Assembly: GCA_038871515.1 (NCBI GenBank)
Contig: JAVZHX010000001.1
Coordinates: forward strand, 224,001-288,000
Direction of reading: 5' to 3'
Length of the DNA stretch: 64,000 bases
DNA from: Candidatus Micrarchaeia archaeon
GTDB taxonomy: Archaea > Micrarchaeota > Micrarchaeia > Burarchaeales > Fermentimicrarchaeaceae
Made by a program: the position numbers and the translations under genes. This document shows positions 9,844-19,733 of the stretch, in pieces (position 1 is the stretch's first letter; each line of letters starts with the position of its first letter). The notes beneath the pieces are model-generated. The model saw only the letters and a list, made by a program, of their open reading frames with translations. It made no database searches and had not been told where the DNA came from.

Positions 9844-10422
9844 TTGAAAATTGAGGTTATTCACTCAAAAGAAAATGAAATGGAGTTTTTGCTGAAGGAT
9901 GCGACAGTTGCATTTGCAAATGCAATCAGGAGAATTGGCATGTCGCAGGTTCCAGTGTTTGCAATAGACACAGTGACGTTTTATGAGAACACCTCATCAA
10001 TTTTTGATGAGTACATAGCAAACAGACTTGGATTGATTCCGCTAACAAGTGAGGGTAAGCACAAGAGTGATGAGGAGGTGCTTTTCACTCTTGATTCTGC
10101 TGGACCGAAAGTTGTTTACTCAAAAGAGTTGAAGAGCTCAAACCCAAAAGTTAAGTGCGTTTATGATAATATACCAATAATAAAGCTTGGGGAGGAAGGG
10201 AGGGTAAGGCTTGAGGCAAAAGCAAGGTTGGGAACAGGGGCGGAGCATGCGAAGTTTCAAGCAGGTTTAATCTCTTATGGTTATGAGAAAGGTGATGAAA
10301 GAAACTTCAAGTTCAGAGTTGAATCGTTTGGACAGATGAGCGCAAAAGAAATTTTGATGAAAGCTGCTGAGAAGTTGCTGGAGAAGTGCGAGGAGCTGGA
10401 GAGCCAGCTCAAGGAGGTGTGA
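9844..10422 (+). CDS. rpoD: RNA polymerase subunit D (Rpo3), short form without Fe-S insert
   Basis: ANAIRR, NTSSIFDEYIANRLGLIPL, GTGAEHAKF. Confidence 0.95.
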   Translation: MKIEVIHSKENEMEFLLKDATVAFANAIRRIGMSQVPVFAIDTVTFYENTSSIFDEYIANRLGLIPLTSEGKHKSDEEVLFTLDSAGPKVVYSKELKSSNPKVKCVYDNIPIIKLGEEGRVRLEAKARLGTGAEHAKFQAGLISYGYEKGDERNFKFRVESFGQMSAKEILMKAAEKLLEKCEELESQLKEV

Positions 10423-10423
10423 T

Positions 10424-10529
10424 GCGGGGGTGGCAGAGTCAGGTCAAATGCGCAGGACTGAGGCTCCTGTGCCTTTAGTGGCTGCGTGGGTTCAAACCGA
10501 GAGGTTGCCCAAAAATCCCATCCCCCGCA
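10424..10529 (+). tRNA. tRNA-Leu(GAG) with 19-nt T-loop intron (about 56/57) at 10494-10512
   Basis: Acceptor GCGGGGG/CCCCCGC, CAGGA-CTGAGGC-TCCTG; T arm restored by removing AAACCGAGAGGTTGCCCAA; BHB GGGT TC|A ... GCCC AA|A. Confidence 0.92.
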
Positions 10530-10543
10530 TTTTTGGTGATTGA

Positions 10544-10903
10544 ATGAAAAGAGGTCCGGAAAGCAGAAAAACAATTCAACTCATAGATACTCTGAAGAAG
10601 AAAGCAGTTGAGAATAAAGCAGCGGTGTGGAGGAGAGTTGCAGAAAGGTTGAGCAAGCCGGCTAGAAGAAGGAGTGAGGTGAATGTTCATAAAATAAACA
10701 GATGCACGAAGCAAGGAGACATGATTGTTGTGCCTGGTAAGGTGCTTGGGAGTGGTTCAATTAACCATGCAGTGACTGTTGCAGCGCACAGTTTTTCAGC
10801 AAGCGCTGTGGAAAAAATAAGGAAAGCTGGGGGAAGCTGCATAAGCATTGAGGAGGCAGTTGAGAGGAACCCAAAAGGAAGCGGTGTTGTGTTGATGGAG
10901 TGA
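10544..10903 (+). CDS. rpl18e: 50S ribosomal protein L18e
   Basis: VWRRVAERL, VPGKVLGSG, FSASA.EKI..AGG. Confidence 0.96.
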   Translation: MKRGPESRKTIQLIDTLKKKAVENKAAVWRRVAERLSKPARRRSEVNVHKINRCTKQGDMIVVPGKVLGSGSINHAVTVAAHSFSASAVEKIRKAGGSCISIEEAVERNPKGSGVVLME

Positions 10904-10907
10904 AAAG

Positions 10908-11339
10908 ATGAAAGTGATAGATGGAACGGATTTATCTTTGGGAAGGATGGGGGCGAGAGTTGCCAAGTATTTGTTAAAAGGGGAGGAGGTTGTTATTCTC
11001 AATGCTGAGAAAGTGGCAATAGCTGGAAGCTTGAATGAGATTGTGCGTAAATACAGAAAGAGAATGGAGAGGAAGGATAAAGCGAATCCGGAGCACTCAG
11101 CGAAAACTCCAAGAAGGCCGGATTTGTTTGTGAAGAGAGCTATAAGGGGGATGCTTCCTTTCAAAAGCTCAAGGGGGCGAGATGCTTTCAAAAAACTGAG
11201 GGTGTATATTGGCGAGCCTGAGGAGTTCAAAGGAGCTGAGAGGGTGAACCTTTCTGAAGCAAGCTGCAGAGGAGTGAAGGGAAGGTATTACAGTGTTAAG
11301 GAAGTTTGTGAGAGATTAGGTTATAGGGTGTTTGAATGA
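10908..11339 (+). CDS. rpl13: 50S ribosomal protein L13 (uL13)
   Basis: LGR...VAKYLL.GE.V.ILNAE, IRGMLP. Confidence 0.96.
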   Translation: MKVIDGTDLSLGRMGARVAKYLLKGEEVVILNAEKVAIAGSLNEIVRKYRKRMERKDKANPEHSAKTPRRPDLFVKRAIRGMLPFKSSRGRDAFKKLRVYIGEPEEFKGAERVNLSEASCRGVKGRYYSVKEVCERLGYRVFE

Positions 11340-11794
11340 AGAGAGCTGTTAAGAGAAAAGTTGCGAGGAAGAAGGAGAAGCCTGCTGAGAAGAAAGTGAA
11401 GGTAGTTGTGGCAAGAGGTAAGAGGAAGAGTAGCATTGCAAGGGCGTATGTTAAAGAAGGGAAGGGAGTGGTACGAGTGAATAGGGTTTCTGTTGATGCA
11501 ATTCAGAATAGATATGTTAAAAATATTATAATGGAGCCAATTCTTCTGGCTGGTGAGAAAGCAAAGGGGTTGGATGTGATGGTGAATGTAGCTGGAGGGG
11601 GAGTGATGGGGCAGGCGGAGGCTGCGAGGACTGCAATTGCAAGAGGTATAGTGGAGTTCACAGGTGATGCTGAGCTGAAGGAAAGGATGCAGGAGAGGGA
11701 TAGGTTTATGCTTCTGGAGGATGTGAGAAGGGTGGAGCCGAAGAAGTATAAAGGGCCGAAAGCAAGGGCGAGGTTCCAAAAATCTTATAGGTGA
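11336..11794 (+). CDS. rps9: 30S ribosomal protein S9 (uS9)
   Basis: [28 protein letters not shown]. Confidence 0.97.
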   Translation: MKRAVKRKVARKKEKPAEKKVKVVVARGKRKSSIARAYVKEGKGVVRVNRVSVDAIQNRYVKNIIMEPILLAGEKAKGLDVMVNVAGGGVMGQAEAARTAIARGIVEFTGDAELKERMQERDRFMLLEDVRRVEPKKYKGPKARARFQKSYR

Positions 11795-11798
11795 TTGT

Positions 11799-11996
11799 AT
11801 GATGATTCCAGTAAGGTGTTTTACGTGTGGAGCGGTGATTGCTCACAAGTATGATGAGTATGTTAAAAAGGTGAAGGAAGGTGAGAAGCCGGATAAGGTT
11901 TTGGATAAGCTTGGGTTCAAAAGATATTGCTGCAGAAGAATGTTCCTGAGCCATGTGGATTTGGTAGATGAAGTGATAAAGTACGGAAGGGATTAG
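11799..11996 (+). CDS. rpoN: RNA polymerase subunit N (Rpo10)
   Basis: [10 protein letters not shown]...RYCCRRM. Confidence 0.98.
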   Translation: MMIPVRCFTCGAVIAHKYDEYVKKVKEGEKPDKVLDKLGFKRYCCRRMFLSHVDLVDEVIKYGRD

Positions 11997-12002
11997 GTTG
12001 AC

Positions 12003-12132
12003 GGGGCCGTGTGCTAGCCTGGCAATGCTTCCGGCTACAGAATGAAAAATTCTGCCGGAATGGGGTGCCGGCGACCCGAGAAGCAACTTGAATTTCTCAG
12101 GTTGGATGGGAATTCAAATCTCGGCGGCCCCA
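12003..12132 (+). tRNA. tRNA-Pro(GGG) with two non-canonical introns: 32/33 (12037-12060) and 53/54 (12081-12112)
   Basis: Acceptor GGGGCCG/CGGCCCC; splicing gives CCGGC-TTGGGGT-GCCGG and CCGAG-TTCAAAT-CTCGG; both inserts are bounded by BHB-type motifs. Confidence 0.92.
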
Positions 12133-12152
12133 TTTTGTTAAGAGGTGTTGTT

Positions 12153-12755
12153 ATGACTGAACTTTTGATTCAACAGGAAAAATACTTAGAAGCGGGCATT
12201 CATATAGGAACCAAGATAAAGACGCCGGATATGAATCAGTTCATCTACAAGGCAAGGCAGGATAGGTTATATGTGCTTGATTTGAAGAAAGTGGATGAGA
12301 GGTTGAGAGTTGCTGCGAAGTTCATCTCTCATTATAAACCTGAGGATGTGGTTGTTGTTGCTTCAAGGTTGTATGCAAGCAGCTCTGCGAAGAAGTTCTG
12401 CGAGGTTGTTGGGTGCAGAGTTGTTGAGGGAAGGTTTGTGCCTGGAATGCTGACAAACCCCGCAAGGGAGGATTACTGCGAGCCGAAGCTGCTTTTCATA
12501 TGCGATCCCAAAAATGAAAGGCAGGCTTTGAAAGAGGCAAACAAGATGGGCATACCAACAATTGGGTTGTGCGATACGGATAACTCAACAAAATTCGTTG
12601 ATTGGATAGTTCCTTGTAACAATAAGGGCAGGAAGTCTCTTGCGCTGATTTTCTACTTAATTGCAAGAGAAATTAAGAAGATGAAGGGGGAGGAGCTTGA
12701 GCTGAAGCCTGAGGATTTTGAGGGGTTGAAGGGGGAGGAGGAAGTTTCAGAGTGA
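12153..12755 (+). CDS. rps2: 30S ribosomal protein S2 (uS2)
   Basis: [33 protein letters not shown] at 12153 (the longer ORF overlaps the tRNA). Confidence 0.97.
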   Translation: MTELLIQQEKYLEAGIHIGTKIKTPDMNQFIYKARQDRLYVLDLKKVDERLRVAAKFISHYKPEDVVVVASRLYASSSAKKFCEVVGCRVVEGRFVPGMLTNPAREDYCEPKLLFICDPKNERQALKEANKMGIPTIGLCDTDNSTKFVDWIVPCNNKGRKSLALIFYLIAREIKKMKGEELELKPEDFEGLKGEEEVSE

Positions 12756-13991
12756 TTTCTTACAGCTGTTTTTCACAAATGAGTCGGTTATCTTATCACA
12801 TATTGTTGAGTTGCCGGTTGTGATGGCAAGCTGCTTGTAGCACTCATCCTTCCAGTTCTGGTGAATGATGGTATCGCAAGCAGAAACGTCATATTTTTCG
12901 TTGTATATTATTGATGAGTAGCAAGTGTTTCTCGTGTAGGTATTTTCTATCGCTGAGCAGAAGGATGGGTTGCGTGCTTTCTTTGCAATGTCTAAGTTGC
13001 ACGTATCTTTCCTGAATGGATCTGAAATTTTGCTGCAGAGCGAGATGTTCAAGGTGACATTGGCAAGCGTGTGGTAGCAGTTATCCCTGTCTGTTATGCA
13101 TTCATAGCAAATTATATACGAACAGATGTTGGGGTTCAGAGTTTTCACTGCAATGTTGGTATAGCATCTATCCTTGTAGAAATTTGTGCTTATCTCCTGA
13201 CAGAGCGAATGATTGAGTTTATCTGTTGCAAAAACTTCAATGCACGAGTCCCTTTGTAAATAGTCTGGAAGCTCGTTACAGAGGGAGGAGTTGCCGGTGA
13301 TTTTTGTTAAACACAGATACTTTGTATAGTTGAATGAAATGTATCTGCAGAGAGAGGAGTTGGAGTGAAGGGTTGCGAAGTGCTGGAAGCACTCATCCCT
13401 CACACCGGAGGAAGAAAGGAGATTGCAGGCTGAGTAATCATCTTTGCTTTTTGCATATTCAAAATAGCATGAATCAACAAGCGAGCTGTTTTTTATTTCA
13501 GAGCAGGTTGATGGGTTGTCCCTTGCTTTTGCCATACAGAGAGAAAAGTTAAATTCATCGGTTAACTCCTCGCACAGCACTGTGTCATCCCCAAGCTCAA
13601 GACGGCACTGCTTCCTTAAAGTTTGATTCTCAATTTTGTTGCACGTTGCAATTCCCATCACTGGCGCAAGCGTGTGGTAGCAGTTGTCCCTTGTTTCATC
13701 TTTAATTATTCTCATGCACAGCGTTGAGTCATTAAGCTGTATTGCAAATCTTAAGTTGCAGTTATCTCTTAATGAATCTGAAAAAATGAAGGAGCATGCG
13801 GTTAGGTTGTTTTTCATAATTGCGTTGTTGTAGTAACATCTGTCAGCTTCATCTTTGTTTGTTATATCCTCGCATGCAATTTCAACGGGAGGTTGCACTG
13901 TTTCGTTTGCCGGTGGTTTTTCCTCAGGTGGTTTGTAGGAGACGCAGCCTAGGAAAAGAAGGCAGATTAACAACAGGAGGAGTTTTCTCAT
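12747..13991 (-). CDS. Secreted/lipoprotein-like cysteine-rich repeat protein (about 15 C-x11-C repeats)
   Basis: Signal ending LFLGC, Pro-rich linker, tandem ~25-aa repeats C..I.....RD.CY...A. Confidence 0.85.
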   Translation of the reverse strand: MRKLLLLLICLLFLGCVSYKPPEEKPPANETVQPPVEIACEDITNKDEADRCYYNNAIMKNNLTACSFIFSDSLRDNCNLRFAIQLNDSTLCMRIIKDETRDNCYHTLAPVMGIATCNKIENQTLRKQCRLELGDDTVLCEELTDEFNFSLCMAKARDNPSTCSEIKNSSLVDSCYFEYAKSKDDYSACNLLSSSGVRDECFQHFATLHSNSSLCRYISFNYTKYLCLTKITGNSSLCNELPDYLQRDSCIEVFATDKLNHSLCQEISTNFYKDRCYTNIAVKTLNPNICSYIICYECITDRDNCYHTLANVTLNISLCSKISDPFRKDTCNLDIAKKARNPSFCSAIENTYTRNTCYSSIIYNEKYDVSACDTIIHQNWKDECYKQLAITTGNSTICDKITDSFVKNSCKKSL

Positions 13992-14040
13992 AAAAGTATG
14001 TTTAAGTGTTATTATTTATTAACCTTGCGAGTTTTTTAGT

Positions 14041-14058
14041 ATGTAACCATGGTTACAT
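14041..14058. promoter_or_regulatory. Perfect 18-bp palindrome ATGTAACCATGGTTACAT, candidate operator (copy 1)
   Basis: Intergenic, upstream of the Cys-rich gene promoter; 16-bp core recurs at 45960-45975. Confidence 0.55.
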
Positions 14059-14148
14059 CAGCTTACCCTCTTCTCTTCATCTAGCTTGGAGCTATCAGGA
14101 ATACCTCGTATCATCACTGAAATAATATGAATGGCGGAATTTAAGTTT

Positions 14149-14793
14149 CTATTGTTTTATAACTTCATTGAAAACTCTTGCCACTTCGCTTCTTTTGCTC
14201 TCAGCAACTTTCACAACTTCCTCAAACTTTATTTCTTTTCCTCCAACCCCACAAGCATAATTGCACCCAACTGCCAAGCAACCGTACAGCAGCCCCATCT
14301 CCCTTGCCAGAATTGCTTCCGGAACGCACGTCATGCCAACAACATCCGCCCCCATTCTCCTCAGCGCCTCTATCTCTGCTTTTGTTTCCAGACGCGGTCC
14401 TCTTGTATGCGCAATTACCCCTCCATCCCTCACTTTCACCCCCACCCTCTCCGCAGCTTCAATTATCTTATCCGCAAGTGGGAACGGATTGCCAAAATCC
14501 TTATGAACTTCGTTGAAATCGCCCGCTTTTCTGTTGAAAATTGTTGGCATCTCTGAGCAGAATGCTATAAAATCCCTCAGCACGATTAACTCGCCTGGGC
14601 GGTATTTTTCTATTATTCCAACAGAGGCGGTTGATAAAACAGCTTCGCATCCTCTTGATTTACATCTTCCAATATTTTTTCTGTGGTTTATCAAATGCGG
14701 TGGAATTGTGTGCTTCCTCCCATGCCTGGGGATGAAAAATGCATTTATTTTTAAACTTTCAAAACCACTCCCGCCAATCACCGCAAACCTCAT
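14149..14793 (-). CDS. mtnP: MTAP/purine nucleoside phosphorylase family protein
   Basis: IGGSG, PRHG..H..PPH.IN, GPRLETKAE, GADVVGMT..PE. Confidence 0.9.
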   Translation of the reverse strand: MRFAVIGGSGFESLKINAFFIPRHGRKHTIPPHLINHRKNIGRCKSRGCEAVLSTASVGIIEKYRPGELIVLRDFIAFCSEMPTIFNRKAGDFNEVHKDFGNPFPLADKIIEAAERVGVKVRDGGVIAHTRGPRLETKAEIEALRRMGADVVGMTCVPEAILAREMGLLYGCLAVGCNYACGVGGKEIKFEEVVKVAESKRSEVARVFNEVIKQ

Positions 14794-15239
14794 CTTCCCA
14801 TCTCACAAGTTTGATATGGATAGATTATCCACCTCTTCGTTTTCTGAACAAAAAAATCAGGTTTTACTTTTGAATGTGGTTTGTAATGAAGCGTTGCCGT
14901 CTTAACCTCCTTTGCATTCTCAAGCATTTTTTTCACAACAATCAAAGTCTCTCCAGTATCCGCAACATCATCAACAACAAGCACCTTCCCCTTTATTTTA
15001 TTTATAGGTAACTTCTGGCTCACCACTGGCTTCCTTCCCCTCCTCTCGCCCTCGTAAAAATCAACTTTAACCCCATATAACTTCTTCACTCCCAATCTAT
15101 CACTTAGATAAACCGCAGGCACCCATCCTCCTCTGCCAACACCAACTATACAATCCGGTTTGAACTTCTCTTTTACTTTTTCAGCCAACCTATCGCACAT
15201 TTTTTCAACTTCCAAAGCAGTCAACTTCAGGTATCTCAT
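14790..15239 (-). CDS. Purine phosphoribosyltransferase (type I PRT)
   Basis: GVGRGG, VLVVDDVADTGET, WIIYP. Confidence 0.9.
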   Translation of the reverse strand: MRYLKLTALEVEKMCDRLAEKVKEKFKPDCIVGVGRGGWVPAVYLSDRLGVKKLYGVKVDFYEGERRGRKPVVSQKLPINKIKGKVLVVDDVADTGETLIVVKKMLENAKEVKTATLHYKPHSKVKPDFFVQKTKRWIIYPYQTCEMGR

Positions 15240-15250
15240 CTTTTCACCAA

Positions 15251-15323
15251 TAGCCCCGGTCGGATTCGAACCGACGTGAGCGGGTCCAAAGCCCGCTATC
15301 CTTGGCCTCTAGATGACGGGGCT
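15251..15323 (-). tRNA. tRNA-Gln(TTG), no intron
   Basis: AGCCCCG acceptor; GCGGG-CTTTGGA-CCCGC; GGTTCGAATCC. Confidence 0.96.
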
Positions 15324-15349
15324 GCTTTACAGAATTTGAATTTTTTAAT

Positions 15350-16786
15350 TTAATATGCTTTCCCCACGTAAACAACCTGGCTTGCCTTCTTCCCACACCA
15401 GATGCAGTTACCTGTTGCTTTCTCTTTCTCCCCAAGAGGGCTTCCCCTTATCGCTCCGCCAGCTGTTTCAGCTTTTATATAATCAGCGCACTCAACAGAG
15501 CCACACCACAAAACTTTAACCAAACCTCCCTTGCTCTCAAGTATTTTCTTCAACTCATTCATGCTGCCTGCCTCAAAAATATGCGATTTGAAAAACCTTT
15601 CCGCTCTCTCCGCAATATTTTTCTGAATCTCCTCAAGAAGTTTTTTAACTCTCTCAACAACCTCACTTTCCTTAACGGTCACCTTCTCCCCACTATCCCT
15701 CCTCACAACAACAACCTGCTTCTTCTCAACATCCTTCGGCCCAACCTCAATTCTCACTGGCACTCCCTTCAGCTCCCAGTAGTTATACTTCCATCCAGGC
15801 GTATGCTCAGGATTTTCATCAACCTTCACCCTTATTCCATTTCTTTCAAGCAGCTCAGCAACAGCACGACACCTCTCAACAATCTTCTCATCCATTCCCT
15901 TGAAGTAGATTGGTATAACCACAGCAAGCAGTGGAGCAACCGCTGGCGGCAGTATTAACCCTTTATCATCCCCATGAATCGCAACCAACGCGCCAAAAAT
16001 TCTCCAAACCGCAGGCCCGTAGCAGGTTTGCCACGCATACCTTTCCTTCCCTTCCTTATCAACAAACTTTATGTTGAATGCTTTTGAGAAGTTCTGCCCA
16101 AGAAAATGAGTTGAGGGAAGCTGAATTATCTTTCCATCAGGCATTATGCTGTCCGCCGCATACGTGTGAACGGCTCCCTTGAACTTATCATGCTCCGGCC
16201 TTTTGAAGAAGATAAATGGAATGCAGAACTCCCTCAGAACATTTTTTGTTATCTCCATATCCTCCTCAACCTGCTTCAGAGCTTCCTTTTCCGTTTCAAA
16301 CACGTCATGCGCTTCTGTCCAGTAGAACTCCCTTCCCCTTATAAACGGCCTTGTTGACTTACCCTCAAACCTCCAAACCTGACAGCTCTGATATACCTTG
16401 TAAGGCAAATCCCTCCACGTCCTTATCCATAATGAGAACATTGAATACATCGCAGTTTCAGAAGTAGGCCTTAACGCAAGCCTCTCAGAAAGCTTCTCCC
16501 CCTCGCTCCCTCCCTCAGTTACCCAGAAAACATCTGCAGAGAAACCCTCTGCATGCTCCGCTTCTTTTTTGAAGTAGGACTCGGGAACAAGTGCAGGAAA
16601 CCAAACTGGTTCGTGCCCTTTCTTCTCAAGCTCCTCCTCCAGTATTCTGTACATGTTTTTCATTGTTCTCACAGACCACGGCATGTGCGCTAGAAAACCC
16701 TTCACATTATACCTTATATCCGCCAGCTCCGCTTCCTTTATCACTTCCGTGAACCACTCGGAGAAATTGCTTTTCTTATTTTTCAT
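15350..16786 (-). CDS. proS: Proline--tRNA ligase (archaeal/eukaryotic type)
   Basis: LRPTSET, PFIRGREF, HFLGQNFSKAF, HGDDKGL, C-terminal Zn domain. Confidence 0.97.
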   Translation of the reverse strand: MKNKKSNFSEWFTEVIKEAELADIRYNVKGFLAHMPWSVRTMKNMYRILEEELEKKGHEPVWFPALVPESYFKKEAEHAEGFSADVFWVTEGGSEGEKLSERLALRPTSETAMYSMFSLWIRTWRDLPYKVYQSCQVWRFEGKSTRPFIRGREFYWTEAHDVFETEKEALKQVEEDMEITKNVLREFCIPFIFFKRPEHDKFKGAVHTYAADSIMPDGKIIQLPSTHFLGQNFSKAFNIKFVDKEGKERYAWQTCYGPAVWRIFGALVAIHGDDKGLILPPAVAPLLAVVIPIYFKGMDEKIVERCRAVAELLERNGIRVKVDENPEHTPGWKYNYWELKGVPVRIEVGPKDVEKKQVVVVRRDSGEKVTVKESEVVERVKKLLEEIQKNIAERAERFFKSHIFEAGSMNELKKILESKGGLVKVLWCGSVECADYIKAETAGGAIRGSPLGEKEKATGNCIWCGKKASQVVYVGKAY

Positions 16787-16872
16787 TGAATCACTTTTAC
16801 TCAGTGTATAATAAATATTATTCAGAAAGGATTTTATATGCTGAGTTTTGAAATATTATTGGAGCTGTTGGT

Positions 16873-17445
16873 ATGCCAGTTTTCATAGACCCAAAGATAT
16901 GCGATAAGGAGGATATATGCGATATTGTAGAAGTATGCCCCAGCGATGCAATTATTCACAACAAGAAGGAGGGAACAATAGAGATAGACCAGTCAAAATG
17001 CACAGAATGCCTTCTCTGCCTGAAAGCATGCCCTTACCTTGCTGTTAAACTGATTAAGGATTTGAAAGAGATAAGGAGGATTAGAAACAAAAGCTCCCAC
17101 ATACTCAAACTTTATGGAACAAAACCTGGGAGAATTGGAAAACCTATACTGAAGGATTCTAATTTCAAAAAGAAAGTAAGCGCAAAGGCTCCCACCCTGG
17201 TTGTTTTCTGGGGCGCCCACAGCGGTGCGATGGCTCCTTTCATCAGGGAAATTATAAGGAAGCACAGGAAAAAACTCAGGTTGGCTTACGTCAAGGTTGC
17301 GGACAACCCCAAACTCACTAAAAAGTATTCAATAAAAACAACTCCCACCCTAGTGCTATTCAAGAAAGGAAGGGCTGTGAGCAAGCTGGAGGGGGTTAGA
17401 CACAGGGAAACGATAAGGGTTTGGGTTGAAAGCAACCTTACATAA
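16873..17445 (+). CDS. 4Fe-4S ferredoxin domain fused to a thioredoxin-like domain lacking CxxC
   Basis: CTECLLCLKACP; C-terminal VVFWGAHS...KYSIKTTPTLVLFKKG...G thioredoxin-fold pattern. Confidence 0.75.
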   Translation: MPVFIDPKICDKEDICDIVEVCPSDAIIHNKKEGTIEIDQSKCTECLLCLKACPYLAVKLIKDLKEIRRIRNKSSHILKLYGTKPGRIGKPILKDSNFKKKVSAKAPTLVVFWGAHSGAMAPFIREIIRKHRKKLRLAYVKVADNPKLTKKYSIKTTPTLVLFKKGRAVSKLEGVRHRETIRVWVESNLT

Positions 17446-18343
17446 ACTTCTGGTATTTTGATATGAGCGCAAGAAGTAGTATGAGGAATGAGCTCACAAG
17501 AGCTGCTTCTTCTACGCTAAGAGTTTGATAAACTCCTGAATTCACCGCGAGTATCAGAACTGGGTAATTCAGAATGAAAACAAGCAAAGCAGACCTTCCA
17601 AAATCCTCAAGAAACTTCAAAGTTATTCCTCTCACTTCAACAAGCCAGTGAACAAACACCATCAGCAACATGCAGAAACCTGAAGAGAGGAAAATGAATG
17701 GCGGAGTTGCAATGTTTCTGTCATACGTTATGAAGCTCGCCAGCACTGCTCCTGCAGCCATCAGCAGCATTCCCCACCTCATCAAAGAAGATGAATTTTT
17801 CTTTTTCAAAAATTCCTCTTCACTCATGTAACCAAACAGCACAATTGTGCTAAGCGAGAAGGAACCGATAAAACCGCCATTTGGAAAGAGGGAAGCAGCT
17901 GAGTAGATTGATGGGATTGAAACAAAGTATGAGTAGCAAACTGCAATTATGATAATTGCAAGCACTTTCATTTTATTTGGAAAACAAATGAAACACAAGG
18001 CAATAATCCCTGACAAACCTATCGCTTCAAGCACCCACCAGATGTAACCGGATGTGATTACAAGAATTACATCAAGCAAAAAACCAATAAGGAATATTTT
18101 CAAGTATCTTGCAAACGCACCTTTTACTGCCTCATCCTTCTTTCCAGCAACCATCAGATACGTTGAAACTCCTGAGATGAAGAGAAACATCGCAACATCC
18201 ATATCGCCTATTGAGATAACTCCTCTCTCGCTGTAATTAAGAAAATTGATTGGTTGAGAAGGGAAAATATTCACAAAAAAATGAAGAATTAACATAAAAA
18301 GAACCGCAGCTCCCCTGTAAACATCAACCCACTTATACCGCAT
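17438..18343 (-). CDS. DUF1624/heparan N-acetyltransferase-like polytopic membrane protein
   Basis: VDVYRGAAVLFM..H, FLFISG.S, GRSALLVF; ATG at 18343. Confidence 0.75.
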   Translation of the reverse strand: MRYKWVDVYRGAAVLFMLILHFFVNIFPSQPINFLNYSERGVISIGDMDVAMFLFISGVSTYLMVAGKKDEAVKGAFARYLKIFLIGFLLDVILVITSGYIWWVLEAIGLSGIIALCFICFPNKMKVLAIIIIAVCYSYFVSIPSIYSAASLFPNGGFIGSFSLSTIVLFGYMSEEEFLKKKNSSSLMRWGMLLMAAGAVLASFITYDRNIATPPFIFLSSGFCMLLMVFVHWLVEVRGITLKFLEDFGRSALLVFILNYPVLILAVNSGVYQTLSVEEAALVSSFLILLLALISKYQKFM

Positions 18344-18376
18344 AGTGATGATAAGGAGGTTATTAATATTTAATAA

Positions 18377-18542
18377 TGGGGCCAGAGGGATTTGAACCCT
18401 CACTAACAGGTGTCTCGTGAAGCACATCATCCCTCATCAATGCTCCAATTCTAAATCATCCCGCCGGTCATAACACCTGTCACAACGCTCCTTCTCAAAA
18501 GGAACTGGAGCCTGTTGTTCTGCCAAGTTATACTATGGCCCC
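18377..18542 (-). tRNA. tRNA-Trp(CCA) with 93-nt canonical intron (18412-18504)
   Basis: GGGGCCA/TGGCCCC acceptor; ACAGG-CTCCAG|A-CCTGT; GGTTCAAATCC. Confidence 0.94.
18412..18504 (-). ncRNA. Intron-encoded box C/D guide RNA predicted to 2'-O-methylate C34 and C39 of pre-tRNA-Trp
   Basis: Guides CAGGTGTT+ATGA and AATTGGAGC-A+TTGA pair with the pre-tRNA; the D+5 rule lands on C39 and C34. Confidence 0.8.
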
Positions 18543-18567
18543 TCGGAATTATTTTGAAAAATCAGAT

Positions 18568-19671
18568 TTAATTACTTATCCTTTCTATTTTTTTTACTAT
18601 CTCTTCAAGCACCATCCTCTCAAAACCCTCATTCGCTCTCAAACCAGCAGCAACATCATGCCCTCCCCCACTCTCAATCATCTCGCTCATCTCACCCTTC
18701 AACTCCTTTATAATATAATTTGCATTGAACCCAGCCTCCTTTGCCTTCCCATTTGCTCTGAAGTGAAATGCCCTCTCATCATGCCCAATCACAACAACAG
18801 GAACCTCCTCCTTCCCAAACTCGCTAAGAACTTCGTTGCATATCTTCCCTTTTGGAGGAAACTCCCCGCTTTTAACTTTATCTAACCTAACAACCACAAG
18901 CTTAAACCCATTCCCCAGCTCCTTCACCTTCGCATACCTCAAAGCATCATTTTTAACACGCTCAATTCTCCTCATCGCTTTTTGGTATATTGAGTCAACT
19001 GCTTTTGGATTTCTCAAATTTGAGTAATACATCTCAAGGCTCTCAGCAAAATATGAATCAGAAGCCATGTAATCAAGCACAAGCGCCTTTCTTTCCTCTT
19101 CCTCGCTTGGCTTTATCAATTTGCTTTTATCTCCCGCAAGCGACACTCTCTCAAGCTCCTCCAAACCATCAAATTGCTTAAGCTTCTCAGCTATTTTTCC
19201 AGCAAGCAAACCAGCTGAATAATCCGAATTCCCTCCATAAAGCCATGGAGAAATAAGCACAACGTCACCAACTTCATCAACAGGATGGTGGTCAACCACA
19301 AGGACAGAAAAACCGGCCTTCCTCAGCGCTTTCAGCGAATCCGCGCTTTCCTCATTCATTGAAAAATCAAGCAGAACTGCAAGCGGTTTCCCCCCCATAT
19401 TCCTCATCAGCTCCAAATCATCAACAACACTCCTCAACTCATAAACCGCGGTTTGATTTTTGAAAATCAGCATCCTCTTCCTCTGCTCCTCAAAATCACC
19501 TCCAAGCATCTCCTTCATTGAAAGGTAGATTGAAAGCGCAGCGCATATCCCATCGCAGTCTCCATGATACCTCATCAGAATTGGCTCTTTTGAGTTAAGG
19601 GTTGCTCCTATTAACTCCGCAGCTTTTTCAAACGCGCCACCCATCTTTTTAATAATTCCGTTGAGCTCCAT
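18568..19671 (-). CDS. DHH/DHHA1 family phosphoesterase (RecJ/GAN-like)
   Basis: HGDCDG, LLD, VDHHP, SGGGHDVAAG. Confidence 0.88.
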   Translation of the reverse strand: MELNGIIKKMGGAFEKAAELIGATLNSKEPILMRYHGDCDGICAALSIYLSMKEMLGGDFEEQRKRMLIFKNQTAVYELRSVVDDLELMRNMGGKPLAVLLDFSMNEESADSLKALRKAGFSVLVVDHHPVDEVGDVVLISPWLYGGNSDYSAGLLAGKIAEKLKQFDGLEELERVSLAGDKSKLIKPSEEEERKALVLDYMASDSYFAESLEMYYSNLRNPKAVDSIYQKAMRRIERVKNDALRYAKVKELGNGFKLVVVRLDKVKSGEFPPKGKICNEVLSEFGKEEVPVVVIGHDERAFHFRANGKAKEAGFNANYIIKELKGEMSEMIESGGGHDVAAGLRANEGFERMVLEEIVKKIERISN

Positions 19672-19733
19672 ATTTATGAAGTTTTGCGCAAAGGGATATT
19701 AATATTAACGAAGCTAAAGGAATTGGTGGTTGA

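Noticed and set aside
12042..12152. N-terminal extension of rps2
   Set aside because: It overlaps the intron-containing tRNA-Pro; the SD supports ATG12153.
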